In this document: in pieces, positions 9,810-18,675 of the stretch
How the letters are laid out: each line of letters starts with the position of its first letter
How positions within the stretch are numbered: the stretch's first letter is position 1
Origin: Prasinococcaceae sp. CCMP 1430
Lineage: Eukaryota; Plantae; Prasinodermophyta
Length of the DNA: 23,264 nucleotides
NCBI GenBank assembly: GCA_013416795.1
Contig: RQSC01000053.1
Span: 72,473 to 95,736, forward strand
Reading direction: 5' to 3'
Made by a program: the position numbers and the translations under genes
The notes under the pieces: generated by a model
The model's input: the letters and a program-made list of their open reading frames with translations, nothing else
What the model was told of the DNA's origin: nothing
Database searches by the model: none

Positions 9810-10802
9810 CCCCCCGACCGCGACCCCCCCCTCGACCGCCGCCAGCCCCCATCGCCGCCTCGTCCCCGCCGCCCCCCACGGCGGCGCACTGTGTGGCAGC
9901 GGGTCGGCGGCGCGCTGCTCCCTCCCGCGCGCGCCCGCCGATGCCGGCAATGCGCACACACACCGCACGCGCAGCCCACGCATCAAATCCGATCATCACC
10001 AGGGAATGCCGGAATGCGATCCAGAGTGCGCGTGCGCCGCCCGGGGCAGAGCCGTCGATCAATCGGAAACCGGCAGTCCACAGCACCTCGATTTTGCAAT
10101 CGTTTTGACGTGTAGTACTACAGTATCAAATCGGGCAGGCATCGATCACCGGGGAAACGGAATGTCACCCGGATTTTTCTTGAAATGCACCAATCAAATG
10201 TTTGCCCGCGTTTTGAAATGGAACGCCAAAGCGTCGAAGTTTGGCGTGCGGCTGGAACGGGTGGCTGAGAGCCGTCCTCTCCGCACCTTCCGCACCCTCA
10301 TCGCGCTGCAGACGGTCCGCGGGGCTGCGAGCGTGCGTCGGGGGCTCAGCCGGGGTCGCGCGGAGGGTGTTCCTCCGTGGCTCCGCGCGGGCTGGCACCG
10401 AGCGTGGCCGGCCTTGCAGGTTGCGCGCGCGACGCCGTGCGTCCGTCTGGCTGGAGGGCTGGCGGGCCTCTGGCGGCTGGAGCCTGTGGTGATCGCCGGG
10501 TTGTCCGGTGCGCAAACCTTCTTCTTCAGCGGGCGGGACGCGAGCGCGCGCGGCCGGCGGCGACGGGCCGGGGGGAGCCGAGCGAGGGGCGGAGGCCGTC
10601 CCTTCGTCCACGCCGCGTCTGAGTGAGGTGAGGTGGGCGGATCGGACCAGTCGGTGCCACTGGCCTGTTGTGCTCGCCGCAGAGAGGGTAGCGCACGTCG
10701 GGCCGTACCTGCCTACCAGACGCCCGACGCGAACAGCCGCCAATCGACATTCGGGCGACGCAGAAGAGCACAGAGGCTGCCTTGCAGCGTGCCACCGTGA
10801 CG

Positions 10803-12686
10803 ATGGCGGCCTACATGGTCCGTGCGCTTGCGGTCATGCTTCTCTTCGCGCCTGCGGTGCTTGGAGTCGACCGTCAGCAGCAGCCTCCCATCATGCGTGC
10901 CGTGTACGAACGCGCGCGCAGACGAAAACCACGGGTGCGGGAATATGCGCCCGAGAACAACAAAACGCTGCCCCGCGTCGATGCCGACACGTTGCTCGCA
11001 GTCAAGGATGCGGCGCGCGAGGCGGTGGCGAGTGGAGCTCCTGACGCCGTCGTGTATTGGATGCACCAACGGAAAGCCGCTGGGGACCTAGGTGCGTTCG
11101 GCCCAGCATGCGCCCGACAGTGCCGCGACATCTGCGCCCAGGCACAGACCAGCCAGAGGACGACGCAGCGGCGTGCGTGTGCTGATTTTCGCCGAGTCAT
11201 CGCAACTCAAACACGCCCGTGGTGCGCCACACGCGCGATCCTATCGCCTCCTGTTGCGCGCGCGTACACGAAGTGGTCGGCTGCCGCGAAGAGCACCCTG
11301 GCGACGAGAGAACTCGGGCGTGCGCGAAGCGGTGGTCGATGCTTGCAAACACGAGCGCGCTGGCGGTGACGAACGAATACATTGGGGTGCCCTCCGGCTG
11401 CGTCGGCGTGCCGCCCGCCAGGCTGGACGAGAGCACCTGGCTGGCTCCCGCGGAGCGACAACCTCGCGCGCCAAATCCGGCAGTGTTTATAGGGGTGGTT
11501 CGAGAGCCGCTGAGCAGATGGGAGTCAGAATTCAACTATGGCGCCATGGTCTACTCCCTCCCGCCAATCGTCGAGCTGTTCCTGCCTCGCGGTTTTGATG
11601 CGCCCGGGTACGCGATGAGGGGGCATTTTCGCTACGCGCTTTCGCGCACCCTTGATTGAGTGCGCTGCAGGCGCAGAAATCGCGTCGACCTTAGAGTGCA
11701 GAATTCGCATTGACCTTGAAGTGCTCACCACCCCCACCCCCACCCACCGCTTGCGGACGCGCCACAGGAGCTACTGGGACCGCGTGGCCGCGCCTCAGTT
11801 GCGCGCGCTGGAGAGAGCTCCCCCAGGAGAAATGCTCAGGAATGACCCTCTCGGTGATGTCTACCGGCAGGTCGTTCGTGCGCTCGGCCTCCAAGGAAAG
11901 CTTTCGCCTCGAGACGATGCTACTCCAGAGGAGATCGCGGCCGCCGTGGCCGCCTTTCGAAGCTGGATGCGCAACGAGTGGCATCGGGCACCTCGCTGCA
12001 ACCCGCGACGTCTGGCGAAATCGAGGATCGGGAACATCATGTCCGAGTGCTATCTGTCAAATCAGATGACGCGCATGCTCGCGAGCAACGTGTGCTTGTG
12101 CGGTCTCTACGAGGCCGCTCACCACGTGCACAGCGTCGCCCCAGAAAAGTGGATCGTCTTCAACGACTGGGAAGAGCTCGGCGCGCTCAAAGACGGTGCC
12201 TTGACCCCCGATGGGGTCAGCCACACGTCATCCAGTCCAGATGGGAAGAGGCACGTCCTTCCGCCCAACCGGGGGCCAGCGCGCGTGGGCCAGAGGACAG
12301 GTTGTCCTTTGGACTACCCTGGGCGTGACCCAGATGCGCCGCCACCTCCCGTGACCGAGGCCGACTTCGAACGCGCCAAGGAGGTCGCTCGCCGCTTCCA
12401 CGCGCTCATGCCAATGGACCGCGTCTTTAAGGAACCGGCCACATTTGTGAGCATGCTGCGCGGGCTCGCGGGGTTCAACATTTCTGAGGATTTTGCGATG
12501 GCCCCGAACGAGCACGCTACGACTCTCACACTGAAGGTGCTCGAGGTGCCCGGCATCCGGCAGGCCCTGGAGGAAGACAACGAGTGGGACATTGCACTGT
12601 ATCGCTACGTGCACGACGAGCTCTGGGAGGCGGGGCGCGCGTGCGCGCGCAAGCGCGAAGTGGAAGGCCAGTCTGCGCGATGCTGA
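10803..12686 (+). CDS. Secretory-pathway sulfotransferase-like protein (HS6ST/Sulfotransfer_2-type fold); multi-exon, intron 11608..11767 supported, first junction (about 11092-11273) unresolved
   Basis: Hydrophobic N-terminal leader (MAAYMVRALAVMLLFAPAVLG), 5'-PSB-like YWMHQRKAAG, 3'-PB-like VFIGVVREPLSRWESEFNY, NQMTRMLA (cf. NRQVRMLA in heparan sulfate 6-O-sulfotransferases), and C-terminal EDNEWDIALYRY (cf. NxLDxxLY). The GTACGC...CAG intron joins FDAPG-SYWDR in phase. Confidence 0.7.
11608..11767 (+). other. Intron (160 nt, phase 2) in the sulfotransferase-like gene
   Basis: GTACGC donor, CAG acceptor after a C-rich tract; joins ORFs 11219..11659 and 11652..12686 in frame. Confidence 0.8.
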
Positions 12687-13002
12687 CTGGCAGCGCACAT
12701 GTATCTTGAAAAATGTTTACCGAGCGCACCTCCCGCTCGTACTCATTAGGGGCGCGCGGGCGCGCCAGTCAGGCAGGCCCCAAGGTGGGTCCGGCCGTCG
12801 CCGGCCCCGGCGCGCGATTGTCGCCATTTGTTAGTCCGCAGTGTGCTCGTCGCGCGAGGCAGGCAAGAACATCTCCAATACCGCAGCTCCTGACATTTCC
12901 AGAAAACGCGCTGTCGCATGTTCGTTTGTGTTTGCAGTCCGTCCGCGGCGTCGCTCGCAGGTGTCGCCGGCGAGCCATGTCGCTTGTCGACCTTGTCCTC
13001 AA

Positions 13003-16000
13003 TCAATCGCCCCTCGCGCCATCACCGCCGTCGCAAAAGCGCATGTCGACCTCCGTGGCATCGAATGCGCGCGCAAACGCCCCGCTGCCGCCATCGCCGC
13101 TCGACGGCTTCATCCTCGCCTGCTCGCGAGCGCTGAGGTGCTGAAGCTCTAGCGGTGGCTCCATGGGGACAATGCCACCCGAGGAGCGCCGCTGGGCCTG
13201 TGAGCCAGGCGTGCGCTTGCCACCGTGGCCAGCGCTCGCGCCACCGCTGGTGCTGCGGCGTCTCTTGCCCTTGCCGCGGCCTGCACCCGCGCCCAGCACC
13301 CTGTCAATGTTTTCTTCGTCGCTCGAGCCCAAGTCGATCGGCGACAACCAGGCAGGTGGGCTCGGCGGGGGCGTGCCGCGCGGCTGGCTCGGGCCGATGC
13401 CAGGGTGCCCTGCGCTCGCCTTGTTGAGTGATAGCTGCAAGCGCCGACCCTGCGTCTGCGTGCCCAGTGGACTACTCAGGTGATGCTGAGGCTGCTGCGA
13501 CTGCTGTTCGCCTTGCTGCGGGTGTTGCTCGCTTGGCTGCTGCGCGCACCACTGCTGCTGGTTCTGCTGGTTTTGTTGCTGGTGCACGGGTCGCGACACG
13601 TCGACCCAACCGTTCTCGTTGGGCGGCGACCTAGTCGGCTCGGGAGACGGCGGAGGCATGAGGCCAGGGTCCGGCTCGCACAAGCGCTTTTCGACCATGA
13701 CCTTGTGCATCGCCTGCCTGAAGAACTCTCCGTACTTGGCCACTACGCGGTGGCCCACGCCGCTGATTTTCTTCATCTCATCCAATGTTGGCAGCCTGGG
13801 CGCGCTGCGCGCAGCCATTTCAGCCAAGACCTTCAGGGCCTTGGTGCTCAGAATGTGGTAGCTGTGCTTGCCGTTGATCGAGGCCTGCTTGCGGCGCTCT
13901 GTCTCGAGCGCGGTCTCTAGTTCCTCGGCGAGGATGAGCAGGTCGCCCGACATTGGCGCGTTGCCATCGCCGTCGCCATCCTGCGACTCGAACTGCGCCT
14001 CGCGAATGGGCGCGGCCGGGGCACGCTCGCGCGCTGAAGAAGCCATGAGCGCCCTGTTTGCGTCCTTTTTCTTTCCCGCCCTGCCGCTCCGCGGTACCCT
14101 CTCCTGATGCAGAGCTGGCTCGACGTCGTCGTCGCTGTCCTCAATGAGGATCTGCTCAGCGCGCGGCGCGCGGCGAACTTTGCGCGTCGGCGGATTGGCC
14201 GCGCCCGAAGCGCCTCCAGCAGCCGGTAGCGGACGCGCTCCCTCCTGCTGCACCGAGCGAGGGCCGCCGGCAGCGCGCGCCCCCCCACCAGCAACCGACG
14301 CCTTGCGATCGACCTTCAGCAGGACGGCCTTCTTGCCAAAAAAGATGTCGCGAGCGATGCCGCGCTCCTGCGGCGTGTCCACGCGCAGCGACACGATCGG
14401 GCTCCCATACTTCGACACCTGCAACTCTTCAACGATCGCGCCGACGCAGACGAGCCTGTGCAGCAGACGAGTCACCATGGTCTTGTCGCCCAGCATGTCC
14501 TTGCCAGCACCGAAGTGCACAAAGTTGGACTTGTTGCCGCCGGGTGCGTTACTGTTGATCCACTTGGAGTTCGCGCCCCAGAAGATGTCGATGATCTGCG
14601 ACGCGTTTCGGCCGTAGCGCGCCTCGGCGTCGATGAGCTCGAGCATCTTTTTCGCGCCCTCTGTGACGTCCACCTCATCGACGACGAGCGAGCCCTTTCT
14701 CAGCCGCTGGCAGTTGTCGCACGTTGCACGGCAGGCGTTTGCATCGAACGGTTGCTGGAAGTGCTGCAGAAGCTGCACGCGGCGGCAGTCCATGGAGTTC
14801 TCGCAGTAGGCCACAACATGGTGCAGGTTGTCAATGTGGTGCTGCTTCTGGGTCTCGAGCTTCTGCCTGTAGTCCTGGGTGCGCGCCCTCTCCATCTGCT
14901 CCTGATGGCTGCGCACGATCAGGGACTTGTGGCGGTGAGCGTCACCGTAGGTGTACAGTACCATGCAGTGGGCCATTTGGCCGTCGCGGCCAGCACGGCC
15001 GGCCTCCTGTTGGTATGCCTCCATGCTCTTGGAGATGCTGGAGTGCACCACGAATCGGACGTCAGGCTTGTTGATGCCCATGCCGAAGGCGATCGTCGCA
15101 CAGACGATGCGGGTCTGATCGTTCGCCCACGCGTTGTGCACCTCCGTGCGCCGCTGGGCGGGCGCCTTCGCGTTGTAGAAGTCCACGTGCTTCCGCGAGC
15201 GTCGAAGCTTGCGTAGCGTGGCCTGCACGCGCGGGTTTGGGCTGCGCTGATTTTCCTTCATCCACTGCTGGAAGTGCCCGTTGAGGTGCTTGCTGTACTC
15301 CTCCGTGTCGGCCACTGACAGGCAGTAGACGATACCTACGGACGCCAACAGCTCTTTCTCCACCAGGAAATCGAAAATCTGTTGGGCGACCTTCTTCTTG
15401 CCGCCGCCTGACTTGCGCACGCTGAACTCAAGATTGGGGCGGTTGAAGCTCTGGCTAAAAAGCACCGGCTCGTGAAGCTTCAGGCTGGCGCTCATGTCGC
15501 GCACGACGTTGCCCGTGGCGGTGGCCGTCAGTGCGACGATGGGCACGCGTGGGAACCTCTCCTTCAGCACGCGCAACTTCTGGTAGTCGGGACGGAAATC
15601 GTGCCCCCACTGGCTGATGCAGTGTGCCTCGTCAATGACCACGCGCGCGAGCATGCTCATCCTGTCCAGGCGCTCAAGCCCGTTCATGAGCTGGTTGCTG
15701 GCACTCACTTTCTCCGGGGTGACGTAGATAAGCTTGTTCTGCGGGTTGCCAGAGTAGATGTCGTCCATGATCAATCGGTTGCTTTCACCGTGCGACTCAA
15801 AGCTACCGAGCGCCCCGGCGCCGATGCCAAGCGCGTCGAGCTGCGATACCTGGTCGTGGATCAGGCTGACCAGTGGAGATACCACGATGGTAACGCCCGG
15901 GTGACCGTTAGGGGGAGCAGTGACGGCGGGGAGCTGGTAGCAGAGCGACTTGCCGCCGCCTGTGGGCATGAGCACGATGGTGTCGTTGCAGCTGAGAATG

Positions 16001-17859
16001 CTATTCACGATCTCCAGCTGGTGCGGCCGGAACGCGCGGAGACCGAAGAACTGCTGCAGATTCTCTTGCAGCTGGCTCGACCACGGGAAGTTCGTGCGGC
16101 GCAGGTGCGCCATTGTGTTCCCATCGCGCGGCTCGTGCACCTTGGCGAGCATCATGATCTCAGTCTGAGGCTCGATCGCCGCTGGCATCATGCTGGGCTG
16201 ACCGTCGCCACCTACGTAGGCCGGGGGATCGGATATGTATGGGCCCGGGCCGCCGCCACCAGGTCCATGCGGCTGGCACCGTGGCGGACCACCGGGCCCC
16301 GGCAGATGCCCCTGCCCGCCATGCCACCCTTCAGGCGCGCCTATGTGCGGCCCGCCTCTCTCTCCGCCGAAGTTGCAACCACCGACGCCACCATAGCCGC
16401 CACCCTGACCTGACTGTGGGGCGTTGTGAGGCGGCGGTTCACTGTTTCCAGCGCCGTATGCGGGCCCGCCGGCCTGCATGGCGTGGCCGCCGTGCGCTGC
16501 CCCGTGTGATGGCTGCTGCTGGGCGGGCATGCCACCGTTCGGGTAGCCGTGCACCGGCGCGCCGTGCTGCTGACCACCTCCGTCGTAAGGTGCAACACCC
16601 TGGCCACCATTCGAGAACCCAGCTGCCGTGGAGGCATGGGCGAAGCTGCCAGCCCCGAAAGCGGGAGAGGCGCCCTGCTTGACGACCTCCTGTAGCGCTC
16701 GTCGCCGAGCCCTGAGCTCCTTCTTGCGAGCTTGCAGGCGCTCCGTTTCATCAGGTGGTGGATCCTCATCCAGCGCGTCGTTCACGTCGGCAAGTTCGCT
16801 GTTGACCTCGTTCAGCTCACGCTGAGCATTCATGTCCACGGCTGGCGAGCGAATGTGCTGCTGCTGTAGCTGCTGCGGCGGCGGCTGCCCTCGCTGTTCA
16901 GGAGGCCCAGAGCTCCCCCCTGCCCCTTTGGCAGTCGCAGCTGCGACCATGCCATCGAGGTCGATCTCATTGAAGAGGTCATCCATCGGATCAGACTGCG
17001 CGGGCGCGCTGGGCATGGCTCGCCCACCACCGGGCGCATCCCCGCCGAGCGGTGGCGGGCCGCGCCGATTCCAGTCCGGGGAGGGATCCCTTCGTGCCCT
17101 CGGCTGCGCCGACGTCGGCGGTGGCTGCGAGAAGTTGCCGCCAGACCTTGGCGGCGGGCCTTGCGAAATGTCCGGCTGGCCGCCTCCATACTGGGCGCCA
17201 CCATTCCCGCCGTGGATCGGCACGTGCTGGGACGCCAACCCCGAGTGTCGCTGCGGCTGCTGCTGCTGCTGTCGCTGCGGCGGCTGCTGCGGCTGTTGCT
17301 GTACCGACGCCGACGGAACTGGCGTCACAGGAGGTGGAGCCTGCTGCACTGGTGGCTGTCTCTGCTTTCGTGGCACCGCCTGGACGGGTGCAGTCACTCC
17401 TGGCGCTACGGCTCCTTTCGAGAAGTTGCCCCCTTGCAGGACCGAGAGCGCGCGCCTCCCCGTAGCGACGTCAGGTGCGCCCGCGCCTGCGCGCGCTGGG
17501 CACGGACATGCCTTGCGCGCCGCCTCGGCTACCACGAAGCCCGCGGATGCCGGCGAGCCGTGTGCCCCCGCAGCTCCGCCCCCGCGCTGCCCGCCGCCCC
17601 CCCCGCCCTGCGCGAGCCTGCCGAGGTGCATCGCAAGGTTGTTGCGCACGCCGCCGTCCGCGCCGCACGTTCGCGCGCCGCAGATGCTGCGGCGATGCGC
17701 GCGCGCCCGCTCCGCCTCTTCGCAGTGCGAACCGGCATCAACGCGGCGGAGCTCGCCCCGCGAAATCCGCCGGCGGCGAATTCGCGCGCGCCGCGGGCGC
17801 CAAAAAACTCCCCCCCTCGCACCGTTTCGGTGCGTTTCGATGGCGGCGTGCGCATGCAT
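13003..17859 (-). CDS. BLM: RecQ-family DNA helicase, BLM/Sgs1/RECQ4A type (N-terminal NNLxxHL motif, helicase, RQC Zn-binding plus winged helix, HRDC); start codon uncertain
   Basis: Motif 0 (FPW...[15 protein letters not shown]), Walker [61 protein letters not shown], Zn site CRR..LL.HF....C..TCDNC, and an HRDC-like segment (HILSTKAL...[17 protein letters not shown]). Continuous ORF of more than 4.6 kb with Q/P/G-rich termini. Confidence 0.93.
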   Translation of the reverse strand: MHAHAAIETHRNGARGGVFWRPRRARIRRRRISRGELRRVDAGSHCEEAERARAHRRSICGARTCGADGGVRNNLAMHLGRLAQGGGGGGQRGGGAAGAHGSPASAGFVVAEAARKACPCPARAGAGAPDVATGRRALSVLQGGNFSKGAVAPGVTAPVQAVPRKQRQPPVQQAPPPVTPVPSASVQQQPQQPPQRQQQQQPQRHSGLASQHVPIHGGNGGAQYGGGQPDISQGPPPRSGGNFSQPPPTSAQPRARRDPSPDWNRRGPPPLGGDAPGGGRAMPSAPAQSDPMDDLFNEIDLDGMVAAATAKGAGGSSGPPEQRGQPPPQQLQQQHIRSPAVDMNAQRELNEVNSELADVNDALDEDPPPDETERLQARKKELRARRRALQEVVKQGASPAFGAGSFAHASTAAGFSNGGQGVAPYDGGGQQHGAPVHGYPNGGMPAQQQPSHGAAHGGHAMQAGGPAYGAGNSEPPPHNAPQSGQGGGYGGVGGCNFGGERGGPHIGAPEGWHGGQGHLPGPGGPPRCQPHGPGGGGPGPYISDPPAYVGGDGQPSMMPAAIEPQTEIMMLAKVHEPRDGNTMAHLRRTNFPWSSQLQENLQQFFGLRAFRPHQLEIVNSILSCNDTIVLMPTGGGKSLCYQLPAVTAPPNGHPGVTIVVSPLVSLIHDQVSQLDALGIGAGALGSFESHGESNRLIMDDIYSGNPQNKLIYVTPEKVSASNQLMNGLERLDRMSMLARVVIDEAHCISQWGHDFRPDYQKLRVLKERFPRVPIVALTATATGNVVRDMSASLKLHEPVLFSQSFNRPNLEFSVRKSGGGKKKVAQQIFDFLVEKELLASVGIVYCLSVADTEEYSKHLNGHFQQWMKENQRSPNPRVQATLRKLRRSRKHVDFYNAKAPAQRRTEVHNAWANDQTRIVCATIAFGMGINKPDVRFVVHSSISKSMEAYQQEAGRAGRDGQMAHCMVLYTYGDAHRHKSLIVRSHQEQMERARTQDYRQKLETQKQHHIDNLHHVVAYCENSMDCRRVQLLQHFQQPFDANACRATCDNCQRLRKGSLVVDEVDVTEGAKKMLELIDAEARYGRNASQIIDIFWGANSKWINSNAPGGNKSNFVHFGAGKDMLGDKTMVTRLLHRLVCVGAIVEELQVSKYGSPIVSLRVDTPQERGIARDIFFGKKAVLLKVDRKASVAGGGARAAGGPRSVQQEGARPLPAAGGASGAANPPTRKVRRAPRAEQILIEDSDDDVEPALHQERVPRSGRAGKKKDANRALMASSARERAPAAPIREAQFESQDGDGDGNAPMSGDLLILAEELETALETERRKQASINGKHSYHILSTKALKVLAEMAARSAPRLPTLDEMKKISGVGHRVVAKYGEFFRQAMHKVMVEKRLCEPDPGLMPPPSPEPTRSPPNENGWVDVSRPVHQQQNQQNQQQWCAQQPSEQHPQQGEQQSQQPQHHLSSPLGTQTQGRRLQLSLNKASAGHPGIGPSQPRGTPPPSPPAWLSPIDLGSSDEENIDRVLGAGAGRGKGKRRRSTSGGASAGHGGKRTPGSQAQRRSSGGIVPMEPPLELQHLSAREQARMKPSSGDGGSGAFARAFDATEVDMRFCDGGDGARGD
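17265..17300 (-). repeat. CAG-rich (poly-Gln/Pro) coding repeat in the RecQ N-terminus
   Basis: The plus strand shows (CTG)n-rich units encoding [17 protein letters not shown] on the minus strand. Confidence 0.7.
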
Positions 17860-18111
17860 GCGATTCGGCCATGATTACAAGCCCTAAAGAGTCGACCCCA
17901 AACATGCGGCGCGATGCGACCTTCGAAAGTTCGAGAGGCATCCGCGGAGCGCCCCGAAACTGAAACCTCAGGTGCGCAGCACGCATGCATTCATACGTAT
18001 GCTTGCATGCGATGCTAAGTTGTGGCGCGACAGGTGGGTGCGCGGCATGCGGTTCCCCGACCGACGTGTGGGCGGGTTGGGTGAGGGGGGCGGGGAGGGA
18101 GAGCGCGCTGG

Positions 18112-18131
18112 GTGCGTGCGTGCGTGCGTGC
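18112..18131. repeat. (GTGC)5 microsatellite in intron-like DNA after the rpl15 exon
   Basis: Five perfect GTGC units read directly. Confidence 0.9.
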
Positions 18132-18226
18132 GGGTGTGCGGGGGTGTGCGTGGGCGGGTGCGTCCACGCGTGCGAGTGGGCGAGTGGGCGCGCGCGGGCG
18201 CGTGCCTGCGCGCGTGTGCTGTATAC

Positions 18227-18591
18227 CCTTGAGCTTCGGCAGCCGCCTGTACAGCGGGTTCTGACCGCCCTCGAAGCCTGGCCGCGTGCCCGTGCCCGAG
18301 CGCGACTTCTGGCCGCGCATGCCGAAACCGCAGGTCGCGCCCTGGCCGGCGGAGATACCGCGGCCCTTGCGCGTCTTGTCCGTCTTCGCACCCTCGGCGG
18401 GGCCGATGTTGTTCAGCCTGAAGCGCTCTGTGGGCGCCGCGGGGGGGGAAGCGAAGTGTCAGCCGCACGCGCCGCAGTAGACGTCCCGGCGCCGCAGGCA
18501 GCCAACCCCACCCACCCGTCGCGCCGCCGGGCGTCGCGCGATCATACAGCGCACAGCGCGCTGGTGCGGCCGCCGGCGCGCGCTCGGCCAT
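18227..18591 (-). CDS. rpl15: Plastid (cyanobacterial-type) 50S ribosomal protein L15, N-terminal half only; conserved exon 18227..18427, candidate first exon 18516..18591; possibly a pseudogene or fragment
   Basis: Exon 18427-18227 encodes [68 protein letters not shown], the plastid uL15 N-terminal signature. It is preceded by CTGAC plus a pyrimidine tract plus CAG. A GTGGGT donor at 18515 is phase-compatible with ATG 18591. No C-terminal L15 sequence was found downstream. Confidence 0.85.
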
Positions 18592-18675
18592 AACTCCGCC
18601 GACCCATCCATCCCAGCCGCAGTGGGGACTGCTGCGCTCGCCGCGAGGCACGCGCGACGCTCGCAAGCGGCGACG

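Noticed and set aside
10110-10117. GTGTAGTA identical to the U2 snRNA branch-recognition sequence
   Set aside because: The flanks do not match the otherwise highly conserved U2 5' end.
9313-10626. 437-aa plus-strand ORF
   Set aside because: Largely antisense to MscS exon 1, with Ala/Ser/Arg-rich shadow composition; long spurious ORFs are expected at this GC content.
11092-11598. Alternative frame containing GVRVLIFAES (resembles a SNF2 helicase motif IV)
   Set aside because: Isolated short match with no other helicase motifs; it overlaps the better-supported sulfotransferase frame.
17687-18226. Splice fusion of the rpl15 exon to RecQ
   Set aside because: The rpl15 donor is phase 1, while the best CAG acceptor in the RecQ frame (17687) is phase 2; only weak AAG alternatives fit.
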